Program-made: the position numbers and the translations under genes | Notes under the pieces: model-generated | The model's input: the letters and a program-made list of their open reading frames with translations, nothing else | The model's database searches: none | Told to the model about the DNA's origin: nothing | Shown: piece by piece, positions 1 to 14,945 of the stretch | Numbering within the stretch: position 1 is the first letter of the stretch | Layout: every line of letters begins with the position of its first letter | DNA from: Eledone cirrhosa | Lineage: Eukaryota | Length of the DNA: 64,000 nucleotides | Assembly (NCBI GenBank): GCA_964016885.1 | Contig: OZ024754.1 | Span: forward strand, 13,020,001-13,084,000 | Reading direction: 5' to 3'

Positions 1-182
1 TTCCGTCTGTTACAGAAACATATGTCAATACCTAATAAATTCCTTTATAAAAGCACTTTCATTTTATATTCATCTTTTCTACATTTTCTCCGGAATATAA
101 TTTATACTCGTTGAGCAAACCTACACGTACGCTCTTCATCTCTAACGTGACGATATATTATCACTACATTATTGATAACTTG

Positions 183-190
<8 letters not shown>
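1..190 (+). mobile_element. 3' end of a probable PLE/mini-PLE pLTR cut by the window edge
   Basis: GAAAC-ATAT-GTC (3' half of a HHR core) at 16-27, then ~160 bp tail ending in (TA)n. Confidence 0.45.
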
Positions 191-251
<61 letters not shown>

Positions 252-255
<4 letters not shown>

Positions 256-1525
256 CATGAGAAGAAAGAAGAATACTGCGTGGTTGCACATGGGTTACAT
301 ATGATAAAAATAGTCCTTCGTCAGTGATTTTCCAACCATCATTGGTATCACATCGCATTAAAAATCATATACTAAAAAAAGTTATTGGTACCAGTAAATC
401 GCGTAAAGCGAGGGGGACAAGTGAACAACATAGAAGGATTAAGCAAACCAAAGAAAGGGAAAAAACAACCAACATGGTTATCCTGGTCAGCATAAGCAGG
501 GTGGATTTCATGAGCGAAAGGTACAGACGTGAGTGAGATGTAAGTAAGAAGAGACCCACTGTAAGCCAAACCGGAGGAAGTGAGAAGGGGAGAAACAGAG
601 AGTGAGTGAGTGGAAGTGCGAGGAAGCGGTCAGTCGAGAGAAAGTGTAACTGACAGAGGGGGTGAAAGAAGGTGAGAGAAACAGAGAGAACGGGGAAGCA
701 GTAAGAGAGAAACAGACAAACGCAGCCGAGGTAAATATATATAAAAACACATGAGAAGAAGAATACATCCAACCTGGGGTATATGGCCTTTAAAGCGATG
801 AAATGCCTAGGACGGTTGGAAGGCCACTGATGAAGGACTTACTTTTTCATATGTAACCCATTTGCAACGCCGCAGCTCCATTATTATCATATTTACATAT
901 ATATTTTTTCCTCTGCTGCCACCCGTCTGTTTCGTTCTTTGTATCTTTACCCTTTCTAGCAGTCTCTTTCTCTGTTAGCCTCTTCCTCAACTTTCACTCA
1001 CTCATTCTCTGTCACTACCTCTCCTCCTCCTCCTCCTCTTTCTTCCCGTTTGACCTGTGCGAATTCTTTTCTCGCGCGTTCTTGGCCAAGCCGGTATGAA
1101 TTTTTTTTCTCTCTCTCTCTCTCTCGTCTGCGACTTCACAGAACTTATGTTTACCGAATTCGCAGACCAGACCCCTTCTTCCCCCCGTTAGACCTGTGCG
1201 AAATTCCTTCCTTGCTCACATTTCAACCAGGTTTGATTGTCTTTATTCTCTCGTTCACGTTTTCACCGAGTTTATATTCATAGAAATCTGGGACTTGTCT
1301 CTTTCTTCTCACTTTCTGTTGCTTAAACCATTTTGTTTGTTCACCCTAGCGTCCCCTTTATTTACGTGTCCCAACGACTTTTTTTAGCCGTTGTTCGCAC
1401 CAACCTGAGGTATATGGCCCTTACAGCGATGAAATACCTAGGACGGTTGGAAGGCCACTGATGAAGGACTTACTTTTTCATATGTAACCCATTTGCAACG
1501 TCGCAGCTCCATTATTATCATATTT

Positions 1526-1527
<2 letters not shown>
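252..1527. mobile_element. Non-coding mini-element family A: minus-strand monomer joined to plus-strand 1.2-mer
   Basis: ~774-897 repeats at ~1404-1527 (630 bp period); 252-770 is a diverged minus-strand relative with terminal redundancy (acatgagaag...gaatac at ~255 and ~749); flanked by TA/CA tracts. Confidence 0.7.
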
Positions 1528-2028
<501 letters not shown>

Positions 2029-2912
2029 TTTTGAGTTTATGTTGGTTGTATACCAACACCTCAGTATACAGGCTGGAGCACTCGACGAAGTGCGCAGGTT
2101 GGTTTGGTTACTCCGGAGTAGTGTAAAATAAAGTTAAATAAAAGTCAAATGATTAAAATTTAGCTTCGTTTATTACTGCTATATATATTTCAGTGACAGC
2201 CATCTTTGGCTGTGACCTCTTCAGGCAGTTTGAATTAGTATGGTATAGACAAGTACATATGTTGTTTAGGTGTATGATATTGTCAATACTCTGATATGCC
2301 CAGTTCCTTGTTGGGTTGTTAAGTCACTGGGGAACTGGAGTCATATGAATTCAAACAAACGAATGTTCGTGTCACAGGTCCCCTTCTCCTCTCATTGGTC
2401 AGTTATTAGAACATTCCTCATTCTAAGTGTTGTTATTGTTGGAGTTAGCTTAAAAAATTATAAAATGGTAGAAGGGACAAGGTGTTAAAGGAACAAAATA
2501 ACAAAAAAAGTGTCAAACTTCCCATTGTTCAGTTCTGAGAGCATTCCTCAGTCAGAAGTCTATAGAATTCTTTTTGGGGTGAGGCTCCCTGTAGTCTTTT
2601 TGCCTGCTATTGTTCAGTACATTTGACCTCCACCATTATTTTGTAAATGTTGTTGTTGTAGTGGTCAGCTTATATCTTGCTGCTGCTAACAATTTAGAAG
2701 TATCCAGTTTGTGTTTTTTCTTACCATTTTATCAATTTTTAAGCTAACTTAAGGAGAAGGGGACCTGTGACACGAACATTCGTTTGTTTGAATTCATATG
2801 ACTCCAGTTCCCCAGTGAATTAACAACCCAACAAGGAACTGGGCATATCAGAGTATTGACAATATCATACACCTAAACAACATATGTACTTGTCTATACC
2901 ATACTAATTCAA

Positions 2913-2967
2913 ACTGCCTGAAGAGGTCACAGCCAAAGATGGCTGTCACTGAAATATATATAGCAGT
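2913..2967 (+). ncRNA. Minimal type I hammerhead ribozyme in 5' pLTR (inverted copy at 2175-2229)
   Basis: actgc-CTGAAGA-ggtcacagcc/ggctgtcact stem II-GAAA-T-ATAT-A-TA^-gcagt. Confidence 0.88.
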
Positions 2968-3169
2968 AGTAAACGAAGCTAAATTTTAATCATTTGACTT
3001 TTATTTAACTTTATTTTACACTACTCCGGAGTAACCAAACCAACCTGCGCACTTCGTCGAGTGCTCCAGCCTGCATACTGAGGTGTTGGTATACAACCAA
3101 CATAAACTCAAAATCTATCTAGCTCCCACACGGGTTGAGCGCTTCAAACAGTAGCGGACCTAAGTCACT

Positions 3170-4768
3170 ATGGATAAACTGGCAACCTTTGCGTCACTGA
3201 AGGACATCCCCCTACCTGATAAACGAGAATACACCAGGGATCTCATCAAGAGTACGGACTCCCTCATCCGTAGGATGAGATGGAAGGCGTTCCACTTCGA
3301 AAGAGGAACGCAGAAAACTACAAATACAGAAAACATGGAGTACCTTTTTCGATCAAGGAGGAATCCCCCCCACAACAGACTAATGGAGTTTGAAAACGAG
3401 ATGATTAACATCATATCCAACCTCAAATTCTCCGGAAACTCAACCAGAAGTCAGGAGTACCTCAGACACCTGAGAAACCGGATTACAGTACTTAAAGGGA
3501 CAACTGGAATACTTGTCCATGCTGACAAAACAAACAACCTCTACAACATGAACACTGAACTGTACAATAAGCTAATCCTCAGGGAACTGAGGAAGTGCTA
3601 CAAAAAAACACCTGGATTTACCCTGGATGAGATCAATGCCACAGCTTACAGGATTATATCCAGAATCGGAATAGAGGACAGGACGGCCCCATACCAACCA
3701 AGGGAGCCGCGGATTACCCTTAAAGACCACAAGTCAAACTTTGAGTCCGACTTCCCTGTCAGACTAATAGCCCCCTCCAGATCTGACCTAGGGATAGTCA
3801 GTAAAAGAATACTGGATAGGATTTTGCCCAAGCTTCGGAAGAAAACCAAATTACAGCAATGGTCATGCACGAGAGAAGTAATAGAATGGTTCAAAATACT
3901 GCATGAGAAAAGTAGGACCAGCTTTATACAACTGGACATCGCAAGCTACTACTCCTCAATCTCACCCATAGTACTTAATAAGGCCCTATTTTTAGCGATG
4001 TCCAATACGGACCTAACCCGAGAGGAGGTGAGCATCATCCACGCCGCAAGAAAGACCTTAATCCGCTTCGATGGAGACCTTTGGAACAGGAGTGACTGGC
4101 CAAATAACTTTGACATCACGATGGGCTCCAGCGACTCAGCGCAGGTAACGGACCTGGTTGGGCTCTACCTGCTGAAGCAGATAAAAGATGAAATCCCCTG
4201 CCTGGGCGGCGGATTATATCGTGACGATGCTCTATTCACAGTACATGACCACAGCACCAATATGTTGGAGGGTATGAGGAGGCGTATTCGCCATTTCTTT
4301 AAGAACCAGGGGCTCAGCATAGAAATAGACCCAAATAGGAAGGTAGTTAACTTCCTACATACCACCCTAAACCTGAACACCGAGCAATACTACCCCTACC
4401 ACAAGCCCAACGAGAAACTCGTATATGTTAACGCCAAATCAAACCACCCTAGATCCATAACCAAGGCAGTGGTGAAGAGTGTCTCGGACAGGATCTCCAG
4501 CCTGTCCGCAAGTAAGGAAATATTCAACAACCACGCGGAATATTACAACGCAGCTCTAAAGAAGGCGGCACATGGACAAAATATAACATATAGTCCGAAA
4601 AGCCGGGAGGTGGTTAGCCCAACAGACACCCACAACCGCGTTGCCAGAGGGGGAGGGCGAACGCTAACAATACAGGCAGAGCAGAATCAAATAGGCACCA
4701 TGTACCAGACACCACCACACGGGCGGTGGGGACTAGTGCGCTTGACCACGAGATGGAGCACAATATGA
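3170..4768 (+). CDS. PLE reverse transcriptase domain (N-terminal part of disrupted polyprotein)
   Basis: 532-aa ORF with SLKDIPLP..LIRRMRWKAFHF N-terminus, PVRLIAP, FIQLDIASYYSSI, ITMGSSDS, GGLYRDDAL (YRDD), VNFL, YVNAKSNHP motifs typical of Naiad/Chlamys-group PLE RTs. Confidence 0.92.
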   Translation: MDKLATFASLKDIPLPDKREYTRDLIKSTDSLIRRMRWKAFHFERGTQKTTNTENMEYLFRSRRNPPHNRLMEFENEMINIISNLKFSGNSTRSQEYLRHLRNRITVLKGTTGILVHADKTNNLYNMNTELYNKLILRELRKCYKKTPGFTLDEINATAYRIISRIGIEDRTAPYQPREPRITLKDHKSNFESDFPVRLIAPSRSDLGIVSKRILDRILPKLRKKTKLQQWSCTREVIEWFKILHEKSRTSFIQLDIASYYSSISPIVLNKALFLAMSNTDLTREEVSIIHAARKTLIRFDGDLWNRSDWPNNFDITMGSSDSAQVTDLVGLYLLKQIKDEIPCLGGGLYRDDALFTVHDHSTNMLEGMRRRIRHFFKNQGLSIEIDPNRKVVNFLHTTLNLNTEQYYPYHKPNEKLVYVNAKSNHPRSITKAVVKSVSDRISSLSASKEIFNNHAEYYNAALKKAAHGQNITYSPKSREVVSPTDTHNRVARGGGRTLTIQAEQNQIGTMYQTPPHGRWGLVRLTTRWSTI

Positions 4769-4862
4769 GTAACAGTCTCAGGCGTGACGCTAACTACCCC
4801 AGGACGGACAACCCCAACCGCAGGACACGTGTGGGGGGGGGGGGACGGGCGACCACCCCACG

Positions 4863-5846
4863 ATGGATCTCCCGGGGCGGACAACAACCACCCCACAAAT
4901 CCGGGCCGCGAAGATAACAAAAAGTATAGAGCCCAAAAGGGAAGCAACAGTGCGGAAACCACCAGCAACCCAACAAATCTCCAACAAATCACGAAGCCCC
5001 CTAACCCACACATATAGGAGGAGACACCGACAAATCACGTGGTACAACCCACCCTACTCAGCGGCCCGTAAGAAAAGCTTGGCCCGATTATTCTTTGGAG
5101 CACTTGACAAATGCTTCCCGAGGGACCACAGATACCACAGGATCTTCAACAGACACACTGTGAAGCTTTCGTAATCCACCACGAGAAATTTGGCCCAACA
5201 CATAGCTAGCATCAACAGAAGTAGGCTTAAAAACCACACACAACCAGAAGATGGCAATACAAACACTCAGCAGAACCATGTGAAAGGAGGGAAGGGGGGA
5301 CCCAGAGCCCACCCAAGAAACACAAACAGACCCAAGGACCCCCCACCGAGCATGGGGGAAGACCAACATGTAACACATAATGAGAACCCTAATCTAGGCA
5401 CGCAGAGGCCGACCACCCTCTGCAACTGCAGAAACCCCGAATCATGCCCCCTTGGTAATGAATGTCTCAAGAAGAACCTAGTGTACGGTTGTAGGGTTAA
5501 AACCCCCAACTCCGAACACCTCTACATAGGAGCCACATCAACGAGCTTTAAGGACCGCTGGTACAACCATCGCCATTCATTCAAGAAGGAGGCCAAAAGG
5601 AAAGGCACAGCTCTCTCCGACCTGATCTGGAAGCTTAAGCTGGACAGGACCCCATACTCTCTGGCCTGGTACATAATCAGGAAAGTACCACCCGATAAAG
5701 GGGGATCCTGCATATGCAAACTATGCCTGAACGAGACCCTCGAGATACTAAGAGGTGGAAGCGGCCTGATAAACCTCAGAACCGACTTCTTCGGGACATG
5801 CAGACACCTTAGAGCCAGGACCTTTCTCAAAATATATGGACAGTAG
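4863..5846 (+). pseudogene. PLE linker + GIY-YIG endonuclease (out of frame with the RT ORF; in-frame TAA at 5172-5174)
   Basis: ITWYNPPYS...IFNRHTVKLS*S, then CNCR..CPL..CL, LVY...YIG, FKDRWYNH, LSDLIWKLK, CKLCLNE, LINLR...CRH. Confidence 0.9.
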
Positions 5847-7055
5847 CAACACAAGAAGATGTGAACTCCCCTCAAGCTATAGGGACTTCTACAGAACATG
5901 AAAATACCTCTCGGCCAGACCTCCCGCAAGCTATATGGGCAATAACAACACCCTAGGTTGTGAACTCCCCTCAAGCCACAGGCAACAACCCAGGTGGAGC
6001 AGACACCATGATAGCCTAGAGATAGAATCGGACACAGCCATAATAACTTGGCCAACATCTATAACACAAACACTTTTAATTTACCAGATTTCTGACTTTC
6101 AAGTGCCAATCTTAAATCTTGATTTCTCTTTATTAATTTGTTATTTGTTTTCTGCCCTCTTCACTGTATCACCTTATATTTATTTTAAGTTGAGATAGAT
6201 TATAACACAAACACATTGAATATCTCATCTTAACATCTTGTATCATACCAATCTATCCAACATATTCTGACCTTGAGATTGGTTATAGCACACACACACA
6301 CACTTTACCCTACATTATTTCTCACTTCTCCATATACATTATCATTACTTTTTCACCAATCTCTCATTTACTCTTTATTCTTTATTCTCTATTTATTTAT
6401 TTATTTTCAAATTACACAAATTATATGAATTATTTTATTTTATTATATTATTTATTTATTTTCTGTTTTCTTCATTTATTGCCTTATATTTCTTCATATA
6501 CATGAAAGAACCCCCCACCCTCCACCCCCACCACCACCACTACGATGGTGGCGGGAGGGATGAAGAAAAAACACAAACTGGATACTTCTAAATTGTTAGC
6601 AGCAGCAAGATATAAGCTGACCACTACAACAACAACAGTACCAAAATAATGGTGGAGGTCAAATGTACTGAACAATAGCAGGCAAAAAGACTACAGGGAG
6701 CCTCACCCCAGAAAGAATTCTATAGACTTCTGACTGAGGAATGCTCTCAGAACTGAACAATGAGAAGTTTGACACTTTTTTTGATATTTTGTTCCTTTAA
6801 CACCTTGTCCCTTCTACCATTTTATAAATTTTTAAGCTAACTCCAACATTAACAACACTTAGAATGAGGAATGTTCTAATAACTGACCAATGAGAGGAGA
6901 AGGGTACCTGTGACACGAACATTCGTTTGTTTGAATTCATATGACTCCAGTTCCCCAGTGAATTAACAACCCAACAAGGAACTGGGCATATCAGAGTATT
7001 GACAATATCATACACCTAAACAACATATGTACTTGTCTATACCATACTAATTCAA

Positions 7056-7110
7056 ACTGCCTGAAGAGGTCACAGCCAAAGATGGCTGTCACTGAAATAT
7101 ATATAGCAGT
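7056..7110 (+). ncRNA. Minimal type I hammerhead ribozyme in 3' pLTR
   Basis: Same sequence as the 2913-2967 motif. Confidence 0.88.
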
Positions 7111-7154
7111 AGTAAACGAAGCTAAATTTTAATCATTTGACTTTTATTTAACTT

Positions 7155-7223
<69 letters not shown>

Positions 7224-7274
7224 AACAGGATGACTATATTGTTGGCATGGTAAAGGTCTGTGAGGAGTAGTGAC

Positions 7275-8710
7275 AATGTACATATATATATACATGTAGA
7301 CATATATACATGTACACATATATATATACATGTACACATATATATACATGTACACATATAAACATGTACACATATATATATACACGTTGACATATATACA
7401 TGTACACATATATATATATATACATGTAAACATATTTAACATGTACACATATATACATGTACACATATAAACATGTACACATATATATACATGTACATAT
7501 ATATACATGTACATATAGATATATACATGTACACATATATACATGTACATATAAATATACATGTACACATATATATACATGTACATATATATATATATAC
7601 ATGTACACATATATACATGTACACATATATTTACATGTACATATATATATACATGTACTGTACACATATATATACATGTACACATATATACATGTACACA
7701 TATATACATGTACACATATATATACATGTACACATATAAACATGTATACATATATACATGTGCACATATATATACATGTACATATATATATACATGTACA
7801 CATATATATACATGTACACATATATATATACATGTACACATATATTCATGTACACATATATACACATGTACACACATATATACATATACACATATATATA
7901 CATGTACACATATATACATGTACACATATATATACATATATATACATGTACACATATATACACATGTACACACATATATACATATACACATATATATACA
8001 TGTACACATATATACATGTACACATATATATACATGTACACATATATACATGTACACATATATACATGTACACATATATACATGTACACATATATACATG
8101 TACACATATATACATATACACATATATACATGTACACATATATACATGTACACATATATACATGTAAACATATATATACATGTATACACATATATACATG
8201 TACATATATATATACATGTACACATATATACATGTACATATATATATACATGTACACATATAAACATGTACACATATAAACATGTACACACATATATACA
8301 TGTACATATATATATACATGTACACATATATATATATGTACAGATATAAACATGTACACATATATACATGTTCACATATATACATGAACACATATAAACA
8401 TGTATACATATATACATGAACACATATAAACATGTATACATATATACATGTACACATATATATACATGTACACATATATATACATGTACACATATATATA
8501 CATGTACACATATATATACATGTACATATATATACATGTACATATATATACATGTACACATATATATACATGTACACATATATATATGTACACATATATA
8601 CATGTACACATATATACATGTACACATATCTACATGTACACATATATATACATGTACACATATAAACATGTACACATATACATACGTATATACATGTATA
8701 CATATATACA
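7275..8710. repeat. Minisatellite-like array of ~16-20 bp units (tacatgtacacatata)n
   Basis: Recurrent acatgtac core separated by variable TA runs. Confidence 0.95.
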
Positions 8711-8918
8711 ATCTTGTCTATGTTAGAAAGCGGCTTCTTTTCTCTCTCTTTCTCTCTCTCTTTATCTCTCTCTCCATCTGTCTCTCTCTCTCTCTCTCTC
8801 GCTCTCTCTCTTTCTCTCGCTCCTTCTTTCCTTCTCCCCCCCTCTCTATTTATCTATCTGCCTCTCTCCCTCCCTCTATCTCTCTATTTCACTTGGTGAG
8901 AAATTAAAAAATAACTAC
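8711..8918 (+). mobile_element. 3' end remnant of the R4/Dong-like family with internal (CT)n expansion
   Basis: tcttgtctatgttagaaa...ctctctc...gtgagaaatt matches the 3' end of the LINE at ~11996-12050. Confidence 0.5.
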
Positions 8919-9393
8919 ATATCTACATACATACATGCATCCTTATATACATACATACATTCATACATACATACATTCACACCTACGTGCATACAATCGC
9001 ACATACGTTCATACACACATACATACACACATACGTACATACACACATACATACATACGTACATACACACATACATACATACATTCACACATACGTACAT
9101 ACGTTCATGCATACATACATTCCCACACACGTACATACACACATACATGGATTTACACATACGTACATATATTCACACATACGTACATATATTCACAGTT
9201 ACATACATATATATACATTCACACATGCATACATACATTCACAAATACGTACACACACACATACGTGCGTTCACGCATACGTACCTACACATATACATAC
9301 ATACATTCACAGATACGTGCATATATTCACACATACATACATTCACACATATGTACATACACACATACATACATTCACACATACATACATATA

Positions 9394-12066
9394 GTCAACG
9401 CGATCAGTCGCATATTTTGGCGTGGGAGACTATTTATTAAATTTAAGATGAATACTATCTCCGACAGTAATGCCACAACTACAGCCAGGTTGAATAACTG
9501 GTTATTCTTCTAACTATATCTTCTGAAGACACCTTTTATTCGAATTAGTAGAGATATCCGACTAAATACATAATTCATTTTACAAGGATTTGCTACAAAC
9601 AGCATGGCTGAACACAACATCAACAACAAAATTAAGGAAGTACCGAAGACAAATAACAAGGAAGGTAAACAAACTTTATTCAGTTGTAGCTACAGAAGAA
9701 ACCGAAATTATAAATCGCATTTGTCTTGGAGTTGCGAACTTATTAATGATTTATTTAATTGTTATAAAATGGCAAAAAACAATCCCTTCATTGGCTATAT
9801 GAACAGAATGAAGCTACACTGGGACGAAATACACTCAGAGCTAAATTATGTCACAGCGAAACAATTACGCCAACAAGCGACGTTTGTTGAACGTAAAAAT
9901 AAGATAAATATTATTAATTGTAAGTCCCCCCAAACAAACATGTTATCAACAACAGGAAAGCTTTCGATTCTGTTCCCCACTCTTGGATGATAGAGGCCCT
10001 CCAACTTGCTAAAGTCCCAGACATTATTGTCAGAGCCATAGAGAGGCTGTCTTCTTCTTGGGCTACTATCCTAAGATTAAAGACAGAGAGGGAGGATTCT
10101 ATTTTCACTGATAAAATAAAATATTGCAGTGGTATATTTGAGGGGGACAGTCTCTCTGTGCTATTATTCATCTTGTCATTAAACCCCTTGTCCTTTCTGC
10201 TCAAGAAATGTGAGGGATACATCATTGGCCCACAGGAGGACAGAAATACGAACCTAACCCATAATTTATTTGTGGACGATCTGAAACTCTATGCCAAGAA
10301 CATGGACGGGATGAATAAAAATCTTGACCTGGTTACAACGTTCTCAAAGGATATAGGAATGGAGTTTGGCCAAGATAAATGCTCATACATGACTGTAAAG
10401 CGGGGAAAAACAACAACCCAATCTAGCAACATTGTCATCAATGGCCTAACTGTTTCACCGATATCTGATGAGGACTGCTACAGATACCTGGGGATAGATG
10501 AGAACATATCCTATAATGGTATCTGTAATAAAGAACGCGTAACCAGGGAATACTACACCCGATTAAGAAAGATCTGGTCATCGGAACTCTCTGCGCAAAA
10601 CAAAACAGTGGCTCACAATGTGTTTGCTGTGCCTGAACTAACACCAACGTTTGGAATACTCAATTGAACGATAGACGAAATCCGAGCAGTTGATGTTGGA
10701 ACTCGAAAAATACTAAACAGCACCGGAAACTTCCACATCAACAGTGACATAGACCGCCTTTACTTGAAATGTAAGCAGGGAGGCAGAGGCCTAACATCAG
10801 TCCAGACAACATTTGAATGTCCCATCATATCTCTCCGACAACATCTACGAACCGCGAAGCGTAGGAGCCCGTTTCTCGAGCAAGTCTATCTGCATGAAAC
10901 AGATAAGATCATGAGAGTTGGGAAGGAACTCCTCGAGAGATATTCCCTGTGTGATAATCAAAAACTCACACCCAGGGAAGCCGCTCAGCAGTATCGCAGT
11001 GAATCCATGGATGAAAAACTACATACTTATCAGCAAAAAATCATGAATGGATATGTTGCCAGGAAGCTCCAGAGTGAGAGTAATATAGATAAGGAAAGTA
11101 GTCTATCTTGGACCAACAACCGCTATATTGGCTCCCACTTTGAAGGATACGCTTTTGCAATCCATGAACAGGAGATTAACATGAAATACCTGATTCACAA
11201 AAGAGATAGGGATGCAGGTAAAACATCTAGATGTGATAACAAGTGCAGACTCTGCAGAACTAACATCGAGGATATCACCCATATCATCAGCAGCTGTCCA
11301 AAGATGTCATTGCGGTACTATCTACCTATGAGGCATGATGTAGTGGCCAAAACACTGTACAATGCAGTTCATAAAAAAGATAGCCCCGATAATAAACACA
11401 TTAAAACCTAGAGTAATGTGGAAGACATCCATGTACATAATATGAAAGAGTACTGGTGGAATGTTCCAGTAAAAACCCCAATAAAATGCAGGCATAACAG
11501 ACCAGATATTATGATATGGGACAGGGAAAAGAAGGCATGGACAGTAGTGGAAATTAGCTGTCCAGCAGATGCCAATATAATATCAAAGATTAGTGAAAAG
11601 GAGAATATTTATGCAGAACTGATGAGAAATCTGAAAATACTCCACCCTGATTATACCTTCAGATTTATGCCTGTGATTATTGGGGCACTGGGATATGTTA
11701 GTAATTGCCTCAATACAAATCTTGAGAAGCTAGGCTTCACAGGAACAGAAAGAACCCAACTAGTTAGGAAATTACAAGTACAATCTATTAATGGAACAGT
11801 AAAAATATGTAAAACATTCCAAATATTTCGCATCTAATAACTGTATATACACATGTACAGATGCAAAGCATATACACATGCACACATACAACTCAAAACA
11901 TCCACATCCACACATACAATAACATCCATACCTACACATGCAGACATACATACATATCTACCTAGTTGATGTTGTGTAAATTCCAATGGGAGAGTCTTGT
12001 GTCTATGTTAGAAACCGACTCTCTCTCTAGTGGTAAAAATTTGTGAAATTATAAAACCAGAAGAAC
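9394..12066 (+). mobile_element. R4/Dong-type RLE non-LTR retrotransposon, internally deleted and decayed, in (CATA)n
   Basis: KAFDSVPHSW, GIFEGDSLS, THNLFVDDLKL, YRYLG, GGRGL, CRLC..THIISSC, RHD, RPDI..VEISCP..KENIY; three ORFs (9987-10667, 10764-11411, 11418-11837) in one frame separated by stops; N-terminal piece 9604-~9950 abuts mid-RT. Confidence 0.92.
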
Positions 12067-12683
12067 ATACACACATACGTACATACATTCACACATACAT
12101 ACATACATACACACATACGTGCATACATTCACACATACGTTCAAACACACACACACACACATACATTCATACGTACATATATTCACACATTCGTACATAT
12201 ACACGCACACGCACACATACATCCATACATACCTCCACAGATACGTACATACACACACACATACATTCAGCCAACATAAATGTTTCGTTGAAGTAGCCGT
12301 ATGAACAATTTGTTAGAGATATCTCTAACAACCGACCAGATGTGTCGTTGTCAATATATATCTAATTGGCTCAGAGATTAATGCCCTAATGTGTTAACTT
12401 TAGAAGGAAATGAGGATATGAATGAAGCATGTAAGGGGCAAGGCGAGGAGGAGGTTTATAGTGAGAGAACACAGGAGAGTTTACAAGGAAATGAGGGTAT
12501 GAATGAATGAAGTATGTAGGCGGGTGGCAACGTAAGGAGGTTTGTATTGAGAGAATGTAGAAGAGCAGCGAGAAGATTCGATGGAAAGATAAAGAAATTG
12601 GAATAGTTTGATGAAGAGAGCAAGAAAGAGTGAAAGAGAGTGTGTAGGAGAAAAGGAGAGAGGGGGTTGAGAGAAGAGAGAGG

Positions 12684-12736
<53 letters not shown>

Positions 12737-12968
12737 ACCAGGAGAGAGAGAGTAATAGGAAAATATTAGGTATAGGTTTGTCTGTATATGTTGTGGGGAT
12801 GTGTTTTGTATTTTCTAGAATGGGTGTCGGAATGGTGCAGGAGGATTTGGGTTTTTCGTTTTTTAATATTTAGGTTTCTTGGCTTTTTGAGGGTGTCCCC
12901 TTATTCCCCATTGCGAGAAGAGAATGTTTCTGTAAGTCTTTTGACTCAGAGGGGTGCTATGATATGAG

Positions 12969-13029
<61 letters not shown>

Positions 13030-13299
13030 AAGAGCACGAGATGGAGAACTATGTTGGGAGTCTCACAGCGTGGTTTTTATATTTCTTGCTATTATTGCTG
13101 CTGTTGTTGTTGTTGTTGGTGGTGGTGGCGGTAGTTCTTTTGCTGCTTTTGGTCGAGCTGTTAGATTCGCTTCTGTTGGTGCTTCTGTTGCTGTTGTTGG
13201 TGGTGTTGTTGGCCTTGTTGGTGCTGATGCTGTTGTTAATATAGCTACTACTACTACTACTACTACTACTGGTATTGGTGCCGCTGTTGTTGCTTTGAT

Positions 13300-13632
13300 A
13301 GGCCTCTGGTAGCAATGGAGCTCGGTTGCTTACCGTCTTCCGTTGACGATAGAAAGCTTTCAAGTGGCCACTTTCGCATCGTGGCGGATAACCATGTTGC
13401 TTCTTTTTCTTCCCATCTTCGGTTAGCTTCTCCTTCTATGTTGTTTACTTGTCTCACTCGCTTCACGCGTTTCACTTGTCCCAATAGCTTATTTTAGTTA
13501 TTGCTCGCACCAACCTGAGGTATATGATTTTTAATGCGATGAAATACAAATGATCGTTGGCAAATCACTGACGAGGGACTAATTTTATAATATGTAATCC
13601 ATGTGCAACCATGCAGTATTCTTCTCCCCATG
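13300..13632 (+). mobile_element. Family A mini-element copy
   Basis: 13435-13625 matches the reverse complement of 270-440 and is similar to 1330-1510; ends in (TA)n. Confidence 0.7.
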
Positions 13633-13648
13633 TTTTTCACATATATAT

Positions 13649-14285
<637 letters not shown>

Positions 14286-14287
<2 letters not shown>

Positions 14288-14595
14288 CTTTACGTGTTGC
14301 CTGAGTGTATTTGACGGGAACGAAAAGATTGGTTTTCTATTCGCCCGCCACCACGTAAAGTTTGTAAATCAGTGGCTGGTCGAGGGACAGAGTTGTATCC
14401 GATTCCAGTTGCTAATCGCTTTACTGTGTCGGTTGTCACAAACAATCATGACCGGCATGTACTGGGGTTTGGATTGTGTCGATCGATTGGTTATTGATTG
14501 GTTATTGATTAGTGGTGTAACCACTTCTACCTAACTCGTCCCATGGACTGAGTGCTCTACCACTACGGATATTACCTTCCAGTGCTCCACCACTA
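14286..14595 (+). mobile_element. Mini-element fragment homologous to 15397-15603, with ACTC..GAGTGC tail
   Basis: 14295-14497 is the reverse complement of ~15400-15603; tail actcgtcccatggactgagtgc; TA flanks. Confidence 0.6.
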
Positions 14596-14614
14596 TATAT
14601 ATATATATATATAT

Positions 14615-14945
14615 ATTATTAATATGCAGGGTGAACAATGAATCAGTGTACATATTAATTACATGTTACACATGTTTCACTGTCGATCAGCTCGAGGAAC
14701 GACCTATTAATGATTGAACCTGACTGTGCAATCTGGAATCCAGAGTCAGGTTCTATCATTAATCGATGATTCCTCGAGCTGATCGACAATGAAACATATG
14801 TAATATGCAATTAAATATGCATATGATGCAACACTGATTCATTGTTCTCATATATTAATACTATTGCTACTCTGTTCCCTAGGAGTATTGAGTGTTCACC
14901 CGGCATACCGCCTACGGACGCAATTAACTTGCACCTTAACACCTA
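14615..14945 (+). mobile_element. Fold-back mini-PLE with degenerate HHR
   Basis: Imperfect inverted arms ~14616-14725/~14744-14860; GAAAC-ATAT-GTA in the right arm; tail actctgttccctaggagtattgagtg. Confidence 0.65.

Noticed and set aside
4766-4768. In-frame TGA in the Naiad ORF as possible selenocysteine (some Naiads are reported selenoproteins)
   Set aside because: Lies in a non-conserved linker, the frame stops again at 5017, the conserved Cys positions are normal codons, and I saw no clear SECIS; frameshift decay is simpler.
7275-8710. CRISPR-like array
   Set aside because: No unique spacers, no cas genes, eukaryotic context; simple satellite.
10665-10667. TGA readthrough in the R4 element
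   Set aside because: Falls at a typical Trp position (TGG to TGA) and the element has another stop and a large deletion; ordinary decay.
12974-13363. Low-complexity ORFs (poly-V/L/N/S/T)
   Set aside because: Derived from (GTT)n/(CTA)n/(TG)n repeats; no domain signal.
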